A DNA stretch of 32,000 bases, from NCBI GenBank assembly GCA_041649575.1, contig JBAZMW010000001.1, positions 180,001 to 212,000 on the forward strand, written 5' to 3'. Shown here one piece after another: positions 24,809 through 32,000 of this stretch. The translations under genes and the position numbers were made by a program. Position 1 is the first letter of the stretch, and every line of letters starts with the position of its first letter. Under the pieces are notes generated by a model, which had not been told where the DNA came from, did not search any database, and worked only from the letters and a program-made list of their open reading frames with translations. Source of the DNA: Patescibacteria group bacterium (GTDB lineage: Bacteria > Patescibacteriota > Patescibacteriia > 2-01-FULL-39-33).

Positions 24809-25069
24809 ATGATTACGACCGTGACCCTGACAAAGCCTTTACAGGTGGCGGATTTTTCCGGCAGTGACTGGAAGTTTCGGACTCTGCCACAAGGAGAGTA
24901 CCAGGTGGAGGATGTGGCCAATCCCTTGGGTCTGGCAGGCGAAGACGATCATTGGCTGGTGCTGGCAGGCACCCAGGAAGGCATGAGAGAAAGCGTCTGG
25001 CGACGGCACTGCTGCAGGGGGCAGAAGCGGAGCTGGCTAAAGACTTTGCCAGAGCCGTGTCCGGCGTAG
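24809..25069 (+). CDS. small G+C-rich orphan protein (86 aa); the 3' part is possibly frameshifted
   Basis: ATG 24809 preceded by AAGGAGG (24795-24801) at 7-nt spacing. MITTVTLTKPLQVADFSGSDWKFRTLPQGEYQVEDVANPLGLAGEDDHWLVLAGTQEGM... The track's earlier start lacks an SD. It has its own terminator downstream. Confidence 0.5.
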   Translation: MITTVTLTKPLQVADFSGSDWKFRTLPQGEYQVEDVANPLGLAGEDDHWLVLAGTQEGMRESVWRRHCCRGQKRSWLKTLPEPCPA

Positions 25070-25098
25070 GACTCGTGGAGGACTAGTATTAGAGACGG

Positions 25099-25137
25099 CC
25101 GTTTAACCGAGGCAACCGGTTAGACGGCTCGATTTTT
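25099..25137 (+). terminator. rho-independent terminator after the small orphan gene
   Basis: CCGTTTAACCG - AGGCAAC - CGGTTAGACGG (11-bp stem, one G-T), followed by CTCGATTTTTA. Confidence 0.6.
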
Positions 25138-25144
25138 ATCTAAG

Positions 25145-25173
25145 TTGCCGAAAACCAAGCCTTGGCCTATAAT
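25145..25173 (+). promoter_or_regulatory. putative dnaX promoter
   Basis: TTGCCG (25145-25150), 17-nt spacer, TATAAT (25168-25173). Confidence 0.55.
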
Positions 25174-25198
25174 TAAAGAAAAGAAAACACGGGTTTTT

Positions 25199-26929
25199 AT
25201 GTCGACTTTATACCGCAAATACCGGCCGCAAACTTTCAAGGACTTAATCGGCCAGAATCATATAAAAATCACTCTGCAGCATGAGCTGGAGCTGTATCAG
25301 ATCGGCCACGCTTATCTTTTTTGCGGGCCCAGGGGTCTGGGCAAAACCAGTGCGGCGCGGTTGTTTGCCAAGGCGGTTAATTGTCAAAACATAAAAGAAG
25401 GCGAGAGCGAGCCCTGCAATGTTTGCGAATCTTGCCTGGCGATTACCAGCAGTCGAGCGCTGGATATTATAGAAATCGACGCGGCCAGCCATACGGGCGT
25501 AGATCAGGTGCGGGAAAACATTATCGAGAACGTGCGCTTTACCCCCAGCGGCAGCAAATACAAAGTTTTTATCATTGACGAGGTGCACATGCTGTCGATT
25601 TCGGCCTTTAACGCTTTGCTAAAAACACTGGAGGAGCCGCCGGCGCACGCCATTTTTATTTTGTGCACCACCGAGATCCACAAAGTGCCGCAGACGATCA
25701 TTTCCCGCTGCCAGCGTTTTGATTTTAGAAAAGTTTCTAAAGCCGATTTGTTAAAAAGATTAAAATATATTGTTAAGGCAGAAAATAAGCAGGTGGCCGA
25801 CAAGGTGTTGGAGAACATTATTATTTATTCCGAAGGCTGTGTGCGCGATGCGGAGAGCCTGCTGGGTAAGATTTTGACTTTGGGCGATGATATTAGCGAA
25901 GAGATGGCCGAGATAGTTCTGCCGCATTCTGATTTCAGCCTGATTGTTTCTTTTTTGGATTTTATTCTGGAGAAAAATACCACCGGCGCCATAGAATTAA
26001 TCAATAAGCTGGTCACCGACGGCGTTGATTTGCAAATTTTCACCGACAGTCTGGTTGAATTTTTGCGTAAGGTTTTGTTATTGAAGGCGGGCGGCAGTTT
26101 GGGAGAATTCGGCATCGAACTGGACGAAGCAACAGAAGCCGCGGCGGCCAGACTGGCGGAAAGGTTCGACTACGCCAAACTACTTTCGGTAATAGAGTTA
26201 TTCTTGGCTAAAAAGCAGGAACTGAAAACCGCTTTTATCCAGCAGTTGCCTTTGGAAACGGCGGCGGTGCAGCTAAGCGAAGAAGTGATTTGCCGGCGGG
26301 ATGACGATTCTGAAAATAAGGATTCCGGCGCCGGCGGCTGTCCGGAAGGTTTTAAAAAGGAAAAACAAGAAGACAAGGAAGCGGCAGAGAAAAAAATCAA
26401 AGAAAAGATAAAAGATCGGCTGGCGCGTTTTAGCCATTTAAAAAGCAAGGAGGCGGCGCCGGAAACAGCAGAGAGCCAGGCAGCCAGCGATCAGCCAGAA
26501 AGTAAAACCGATGAAAACCAAAAAATAGTTAGTTTTGAAGAAATAACAGAAAGTTGGCAAAAAATAATCGAAGTCTTATTGAAAAAAAACTACACTTTGG
26601 GCTCGCTACTGAAAATCAGCCGGCCATTGGAGTGCCAAGACAACATCTTGGAAATCGGCCTGAAGAGCAAGTTTTATAAAGATCGTCTGGAGGATTTGAA
26701 AAACAAGAAGCTGATTGGCGACGTAGTTTCGGAAGTAGTAGCGGCGGCGGTGGTTGTCAGGGGAGTGATAAAAGAAGACGTTGAGCCGTTGATGGCGGGG
26801 CAGCAGAGCGGGCCGGCTGCCGGCGCCGAGGCTCTCGATGCCAAAATCGAAAGCGCTGCAATTAGTATTGAACCGATAAAAATCCAAAAATCAGGCGATG
26901 TGGCCCAGGAAGTGATAGCCATGTTTTAG
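25199..26929 (+). CDS. dnaX: DNA polymerase III subunit gamma/tau
   Basis: Start set at ATG 25199 (MSTLYRKYRPQTF.DLIGQ), since the track's TTG at 25145 coincides with the promoter -35. Walker A GPRGLGKTS, a zinc module CQN...C.VC.SC, DEVHML, and SRCQRFDF. Confidence 0.9.
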   Translation: MSTLYRKYRPQTFKDLIGQNHIKITLQHELELYQIGHAYLFCGPRGLGKTSAARLFAKAVNCQNIKEGESEPCNVCESCLAITSSRALDIIEIDAASHTGVDQVRENIIENVRFTPSGSKYKVFIIDEVHMLSISAFNALLKTLEEPPAHAIFILCTTEIHKVPQTIISRCQRFDFRKVSKADLLKRLKYIVKAENKQVADKVLENIIIYSEGCVRDAESLLGKILTLGDDISEEMAEIVLPHSDFSLIVSFLDFILEKNTTGAIELINKLVTDGVDLQIFTDSLVEFLRKVLLLKAGGSLGEFGIELDEATEAAAARLAERFDYAKLLSVIELFLAKKQELKTAFIQQLPLETAAVQLSEEVICRRDDDSENKDSGAGGCPEGFKKEKQEDKEAAEKKIKEKIKDRLARFSHLKSKEAAPETAESQAASDQPESKTDENQKIVSFEEITESWQKIIEVLLKKNYTLGSLLKISRPLECQDNILEIGLKSKFYKDRLEDLKNKKLIGDVVSEVVAAAVVVRGVIKEDVEPLMAGQQSGPAAGAEALDAKIESAAISIEPIKIQKSGDVAQEVIAMF

Positions 26930-26979
26930 CTTGATTTTTTTGCTTTTTTTTGTTAAATTAATTATTCGATTATTTTTAT

Positions 26980-27053
26980 TGCGGGATCGTCTAATGGTAG
27001 GACACGCCCCTCTGGAGGGCGGTATCATGGTTCGAGTCCATGTCCCGCAGCCA
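26980..27053 (+). tRNA. tRNA-Gln (anticodon CUG), CCA encoded
   Basis: Manual cloverleaf: acceptor TGCGGGA/TCCCGCA (U1-A72), D arm GTCT-AATGGTA-GGAC, anticodon arm CGCCC-CTCTGGA-GGGCG, variable loop GTAT, T arm CATGG-TTCGAGT-CCATG, discriminator G, then CCA. Confidence 0.9.
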
Positions 27054-27111
27054 ATTGCGTTTTTCTGGTTATTTCCTATAATAAAGTCAGAATTACCTAA
27101 CTAAAAAACAT

Positions 27112-30100
27112 ATGAAAAAAGGCAAACTAATATTTGTTGGTTTGGCTTTATTTTTTTGTTTGATTGGTATTTATAAGCTGGTTTTGGCGCAAACCAGCTG
27201 TTATTTCAAGGGCCCTGAGACTTCGCCGGATCTTTTGCGTCTAAGCAGCCTTGATATTAGCGGTAACGGCAATTTGCTAGTTGGGGATACGGTGACGGTC
27301 GGTTTTAATTTGCAAAATTATGGCCAAAGCGATATCAAGCTTGGTTCAAAGGGAATCTTTGCCGCTGGATTCGATCCCAGCAGTTCCGACGCCTCGTTTG
27401 GCTTTTCTTACGCCAATGCCATCTTAAAGCCGGGGCAAACAGTTTCTTTCAAGGCTTCAAGAGTTTTGGATAAAGAGGGGGTTTGGACAATCTGGCCGTC
27501 ATATCAGATTGTTAGCGGCAAGACGGAAAAACTAGGGCCAGACAATTGGCGCGCCTGTCCTTTAAGCGTAGCGGCGGCTCAAAAAGACTCCGACCAGGAT
27601 GGCGTTTATGACGAAAGCGATAATTGTCCCAGCGCTTATAATCCCAATCAGGAAGATATTGATGGCGACAAAATTGGCGATGCCTGCGATGGTTGCGATG
27701 ACAGGGATTGGGATCAGGATAAGATTAAGAACTGCTCCGACAAATGTCCCGATCAGCCAGAGATTTTTAATCAATATCAAGATGAAGACGGCTGCCCCGA
27801 CGAAAAGCCGCAGGAAACCAAAGACAGCGATCAAGATGGAGTTGATGACAGCAAAGATAATTGTCCGAACGCTTATAATCCCGATCAAAAAGACGGTAAC
27901 AGTAATAACCAGGGCGACGCTTGCGAACAAAGAACAGACGGACAAGATTTACCGGAAGAGAACAAAGAATCGCCGGTTTCACTAGTTACCGGTTTGCCAG
28001 CCGAGACTGCCGGCAATGTTAATTTAAATATCAATGCTTCGCGAGTCCCGACAGAAGAAATAAGCGTCCCTTGCGACCTTTCGGGAACGATTTGGAATTT
28101 TAAATATTTGTCAAAAACCTTAAAGGTGAGGATTTGCGAAGCCGAAAGAATCGGTGGCGGCTGTCTGCCAACCCCGCCGTTTACCTGCACTGGTGGCGCT
28201 GTCAGTTGTAAAGAAGGTGGCGCCAGTTGGCTAGAAAATGTCAGTCGGGTTTGGACCGGAGAGGAAGCCTACCGTAATCCCGGGCCGCTGTCTTACCGGG
28301 CCAGGGTCGGTTGTGGCAGTAGTTATTTGATTACGCCGAGCTACGAACCATTCGAACAAGAATGCCAGTGGCAGGGACGTTTTAGCCCAACCAGAAGCAA
28401 TTTTGTCAATATGAGCGGCACCAGCCAGACGGGTTATGATTTTAATTTCACTGCCAACGAACTCACGCCACCCAGTGTTAACATGATAAGTGACGATGTC
28501 AGGCGGCCGGCTACCTTTAAGGGCGAAGGTAATTTTAAGGTTTTGGTTAACGCTTTTGACGCCAGCGGTATCAAAAACATAAAGATAACCGGCAGCTATA
28601 CGGTGAAGTATTTTTCAGCCGATGAAACCGGGCCGTTGGAAACTGGCCGCGGTGATGAGACGGTGACAGTGGACAGAAGTTGCAGCATTTCTCCCTGCGA
28701 TGTGTTTTTGCCTTATTATGCTGGAGGCAAACAAATCAGCTTTGATTTGCATATTAGCGCCTGCGACAACAACGGCAATAAAATTGAAACCACTTATAAC
28801 CATGTTTTTCCCGATAATTCGGGCGATCTTGTTGTCGCCGCCACCGATCCGGTGCAAGTGATTTATGACGCGCCTTTGGTCAAAAATAAGAACACGGCTT
28901 TTCGGATTAAGGTCAATTCAACTTTTCCTTATCCGACAGAAGCCAAGTTTCGTCTTGATTTGCCGCCGGATAAATGGAGCATGACCAGCCGTAGCGGCAG
29001 TTATCTTTTGGGGTTTACTCCAGGTTGGCGCTATAAAGATCTGTGGGGGCCGATAAAAATTCCGGCCAACGCCAGGAATCATGAGATCATGTTGCCGATA
29101 ATTGCCGATTGGCAAAAAGAACTCGATTATGACAGTACCGCTGACAGGGAAGGCAAGGTGTTGCGCGGACGCGAGGTTAGCGGCGTTTGGGGACTGGATG
29201 TCCGATTATTGCCCATTCCCGCGGCTGACAGAGTAAATTATTCCGTCAGTATTGATCCGGAAAACCAAATTTCCGAAACTAACGAGAGAAATAATATTAT
29301 TAATTCCGTTGAATATTCGACAGCCAAAACTAAGGCTTGGCGGTTTTTGTTCATTCCTTATCGTGATGGTTCTGGCGGCGGTATGTGCGCGCCAACCGAG
29401 GGCATGCGTCAAGGTGGAGCCAAAAGACAACTGGAATATGTGCTGGCCACGTTCCCAATCGCTGAAAACAAAATTGAATATGGTTTTTCTTATACCAATT
29501 TTTCCCTTGGTTGCGGCGGCGATCCTGACGGCCAGTGCGAATATGCGCGGGCTTTTAATGTCAGCCGCGGTGAATTTTTGAGGTGGATGGCGCGTTTGGC
29601 TCTGGACGAGGGTTATGATTTCGGCGTGGCTATTGGCTGCGGCGGCGGTGGCGGCGCCGGCGGATCAGATAAGGCCGTGTTTATCGGGGCAGACGGAAAT
29701 GAAGCGCTGCTGGCGCATGAGTTTAATCATGTGGTATCGCCGGTCAGCGACGTTTATTCTCGGGATTGCTATAGCAGCTGGAATGAAAGCTACTGTGAGA
29801 AGCCGGATGGCCAACGTTTCTACTGCTGCTGGCAGGATTACAACGACGAGAAAGACCGCCGTGAAAGCAATGGAGTCGATCCAATGGAAGGCTGCACGGT
29901 TGACTGCGGCCAAAACGAGACTTCGGGTTGTGATGGAGCTTGCTGCCACGCCCGCTGTCAGCCGGGTTGCGCTGCGGCCGGTGGTGTTAATTATTACGCA
30001 CCGGATTTACGGATTGATCTGCCGGCCACTAACGGTTTTTGGGCCAATGAATGGCAGAAAAAAGAAAGCAAGCAATATTTTATGGACGGTCCAAGAGGTG

Positions 30101-30939
30101 ATAACTGGATGACGGCCCGAAGCGTGCGGGACAGCGGTTTCAGCTTTTGTCCCAGCCCGGATATCAATGTTGATTATGATGGTTACCTGAATTTATTAAA
30201 CAACCCTCGTTTCAAGAGCGCTAGCGACCCCCAGGGCTTATTAGTCAGCGGTACGATTAATAAAAATGGCACAGTTAAATTTGACCCGTTTGTCTATTTG
30301 CCAGAAACCTTTCTTGATTTAGAACCAAATAGTGGGGGTGACTACCAGTTTGTTTTACTCGATGAAAACAAAAAGGAATTAAGCAAGTCGGGTTTTGATG
30401 TTTATTTTTATCAGTATGATCCCGGTGGCGGGCCGCTGGAGGAGACTTCTTTTGCCTACCGGATTGAGTGGAAGGAAGGAACTAGCTTGATAGAATTACG
30501 CAACAAAGCCGGTCAGGTTTTGGCTAGCCGGCAGGTATCAAAGAACAAGCCGGAAATCGAAGTGGTTTATCCCAACGGCGGTGAGGTTTTTAAGATTGGC
30601 AAAAAAATAGAGCTTAATTGGCAAGCGAGCGATGCCGACGGCGACGAATTGTTTTATTCTTTGGCCGTAAGCTCGGATGGCGGCAAAAGTTGGCTACCCG
30701 TGGACATGGATTTGAAAACGACAAGCTATGAACTTAATACCGCCGCTTTAAGGCCGGGCGATTATCTACTTAAAGTCAAGGCCAGTGACGGTGTAAATAC
30801 ATCACAGGATGTTTCTGACAAGACTTTTGAAGTTAAGGCTGTAAAAAAAATCAAAAATTTGTATTTTTTGGCTTGGGGCGTGGCGATGCTGATTTTATTG
30901 GGGATTTTATGGAAGAAAAAGTTTGTCCGAAAGAAATAG
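27112..30939 (+). CDS. giant secreted/surface protein: thrombospondin type-3 (calcium-binding) repeats, HExxH metalloprotease-like region, Ig-like C-terminal domain, C-terminal TM anchor
   Basis: 1275 aa. Signal peptide MKKGKLIFVGLALFFCLIGIYKLVLA. DxDxDGxxDxxDNCPxxYNPxQxDxDxDxxGDACD repeats (about 27585-27930). AHEFNH (29716-29730) followed by a Cys-rich stretch. C-terminal YFLAWGVAMLILLGILW plus a KKKFVRKK tail. Confidence 0.85.
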   Translation: MKKGKLIFVGLALFFCLIGIYKLVLAQTSCYFKGPETSPDLLRLSSLDISGNGNLLVGDTVTVGFNLQNYGQSDIKLGSKGIFAAGFDPSSSDASFGFSYANAILKPGQTVSFKASRVLDKEGVWTIWPSYQIVSGKTEKLGPDNWRACPLSVAAAQKDSDQDGVYDESDNCPSAYNPNQEDIDGDKIGDACDGCDDRDWDQDKIKNCSDKCPDQPEIFNQYQDEDGCPDEKPQETKDSDQDGVDDSKDNCPNAYNPDQKDGNSNNQGDACEQRTDGQDLPEENKESPVSLVTGLPAETAGNVNLNINASRVPTEEISVPCDLSGTIWNFKYLSKTLKVRICEAERIGGGCLPTPPFTCTGGAVSCKEGGASWLENVSRVWTGEEAYRNPGPLSYRARVGCGSSYLITPSYEPFEQECQWQGRFSPTRSNFVNMSGTSQTGYDFNFTANELTPPSVNMISDDVRRPATFKGEGNFKVLVNAFDASGIKNIKITGSYTVKYFSADETGPLETGRGDETVTVDRSCSISPCDVFLPYYAGGKQISFDLHISACDNNGNKIETTYNHVFPDNSGDLVVAATDPVQVIYDAPLVKNKNTAFRIKVNSTFPYPTEAKFRLDLPPDKWSMTSRSGSYLLGFTPGWRYKDLWGPIKIPANARNHEIMLPIIADWQKELDYDSTADREGKVLRGREVSGVWGLDVRLLPIPAADRVNYSVSIDPENQISETNERNNIINSVEYSTAKTKAWRFLFIPYRDGSGGGMCAPTEGMRQGGAKRQLEYVLATFPIAENKIEYGFSYTNFSLGCGGDPDGQCEYARAFNVSRGEFLRWMARLALDEGYDFGVAIGCGGGGGAGGSDKAVFIGADGNEALLAHEFNHVVSPVSDVYSRDCYSSWNESYCEKPDGQRFYCCWQDYNDEKDRRESNGVDPMEGCTVDCGQNETSGCDGACCHARCQPGCAAAGGVNYYAPDLRIDLPATNGFWANEWQKKESKQYFMDGPRGDNWMTARSVRDSGFSFCPSPDINVDYDGYLNLLNNPRFKSASDPQGLLVSGTINKNGTVKFDPFVYLPETFLDLEPNSGGDYQFVLLDENKKELSKSGFDVYFYQYDPGGGPLEETSFAYRIEWKEGTSLIELRNKAGQVLASRQVSKNKPEIEVVYPNGGEVFKIGKKIELNWQASDADGDELFYSLAVSSDGGKSWLPVDMDLKTTSYELNTAALRPGDYLLKVKASDGVNTSQDVSDKTFEVKAVKKIKNLYFLAWGVAMLILLGILWKKKFVRKK

Positions 30940-30947
30940 CTTATAAT

Positions 30948-30981
30948 AAAAACACCCCCGATAATTTTCGGGGGTGTTTTT
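30948..30981. terminator. bidirectional rho-independent terminator
   Basis: AAAAACACCCCCG - ATAATTTT - CGGGGGTGTTTTT. Perfect 13-bp stem between convergent genes. Confidence 0.85.
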
Positions 30982-30994
30982 TTACAAATAAGCT

Positions 30995-32000
30995 TTAATA
31001 CAGGGGACAAGTTTGAGATAAAATTGGTTTATTGGCGGTAGTGCCGCAATTATTAATATCTAGACAATTCCGGTATCTTTGACCGTCTAAATAGCAGACG
31101 CTCCAGGCAGTGCAGGACCAATTTTCAGTGCAGAGGCAGGCTTGGCTGGTGCTGGGTCGGTAGTAATAAGTGCCGCAGCTGTTGCTGTCGGTACAGGAGC
31201 GGTATTGCTGGCCGCCTTGGCAGACGCCCCAATTATTACAAGTCCAATTTTCAACGCAAGAAAAACAAGATTGGCTTTCCGGAGGTTTATTATCATTTAC
31301 ACCGCAGCGATTACTGTCAGTGCAGGTGCGGTATTGTCTATTGTAAACGCAAGAAGACCAGCTGTTACAGGTCCAGTTAGGATTGCAATGATAATTCAGG
31401 CTGACGCTGATTTTGGTCAGGGCATCTTCGCGGTTGTAGATTGTCGATCCATTGGGGTAGGTCATTGAAGGATCCACGTCGAGAATCACCGATTCGAAAC
31501 GAAAATTATTACTGGTAAAGCCACTGTCGGTCACCAGTCGTTTTTGGCCGTTTTGGATGTAGTAAGTATCAAAAGAATTTTTATAGCGCAGCAGCGTGCC
31601 GTCTGGCAGTTTTTGATTGGAAGTGATATCACAAACGCCGTCATTGTAGTAACTAGATTCAAAGCCGGCGGGAATAACCAAAGCGCGGTTATATTGGTAG
31701 TTGCCATAATGAGCAGGAGCGCGGCAAAGTCTTCCGTTGGGCAGTACGGCGTACATCTTTAGGCTGCTGCCAAACCGCACCAGAGCATAGCCAGGGCGAA
31801 CCGTGACGTTTTTTCCGACAAGCAGCTGGTTAAACTCTGATTCCGAAACGGTGATAACCGACTGGTTTTTCCAAGAGCCGGTATACCAACTGAAGAAAGT
31901 TGATTCGGTCGGAAAGAGATGGCGTCGATCATTGGCATCCACATAATAAACACTGGGGTTGTTGCGGATTTTAATCAGATCACCATCGCTCGGATAATAA
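30995..32000 (-). CDS. secreted repeat protein, C-terminal part (ORF continues beyond the window end), ending in three Cys-rich ~42-aa modules
   Basis: The frame stays open upstream of the track's GTG start up to position 32000 (...YYPSDGDLIKIRNNPSVYYVDANDRRHLF...). The C-terminus carries three tandem C-x2-NW-x-C-x2-W-x2-C-x4-6-(Q/R)-Y-R-x-C-x-D-x-N-x-CG modules (30998-31387). Confidence 0.75.
   Translation of the reverse strand, partial: YYPSDGDLIKIRNNPSVYYVDANDRRHLFPTESTFFSWYTGSWKNQSVITVSESEFNQLLVGKNVTVRPGYALVRFGSSLKMYAVLPNGRLCRAPAHYGNYQYNRALVIPAGFESSYYNDGVCDITSNQKLPDGTLLRYKNSFDTYYIQNGQKRLVTDSGFTSNNFRFESVILDVDPSMTYPNGSTIYNREDALTKISVSLNYHCNPNWTCNSWSSCVYNRQYRTCTDSNRCGVNDNKPPESQSCFSCVENWTCNNWGVCQGGQQYRSCTDSNSCGTYYYRPSTSQACLCTENWSCTAWSVCYLDGQRYRNCLDINNCGTTANKPILSQTCPLY

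Noticed and set aside
24358-24921. 187-aa minus-strand ORF spanning the 3' end of the ATPase gene and the small orphan gene
   Set aside because: It is antisense to a well-supported CDS. It has no SD, and its composition is typical of antisense translation.
27562-27985. 127-aa (-) and 128-aa (+) ORFs overlapping the TSP3-repeat region
   Set aside because: These are alternate-frame artefacts of the repetitive GAT/GAC-rich coding sequence of the 1275-aa gene. They have no independent start signals.

Overview
The window looks like a small, streamlined, moderately A+T-rich bacterial genome. Gene content and style suggest Candidate Phyla Radiation / Patescibacteria, though that is my inference and no marker was searched. 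Most of it is core housekeeping: PAP2-like phosphatase, uppP, a CAP-domain protein, mltG, AMMECR1, rplJ-rplL with an L10-leader-like 5' region, and a wHTH regulator. It also holds an FG-GAP/YkuD L,D-transpeptidase, tsaB, a short dcw block (mraZ-rsmH-ftsL-ftsI-murF), cysS, dus, corA, dnaX and tRNA-Gln(CUG). Two large secreted or surface proteins close the window. I found no rRNA, CRISPR array, transposase or integrase.

Four things stand out.
1. Three separate G+C-rich islets (1-342, about 17040-19420, 24795-25137) hold four orphan ORFs. Each has a consensus Shine-Dalgarno site, whereas host genes here mostly have none. The largest islet is a three-gene island between cysS and dus. It has a perfect sigma70 consensus promoter, and a conserved 48-nt hairpin module sits 3' of each of its two cassettes.
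2. A family of short G+C-rich palindromic elements is inserted in-frame into essential genes: three in dus, one in cysS, one in rplL. One 25-mer is identical in rplL and dus and is read in different frames.
3. A two-gene operon encodes a membrane-anchored TraD/VirD4-like (T4CP/DUF87-type) ATPase with no other conjugation genes nearby.
4. A 1275-aa thrombospondin-type-3/HExxH surface protein sits next to a protein with a triplicated Cys-rich module.

All functional calls rest on motif recognition by eye. No database search was run.
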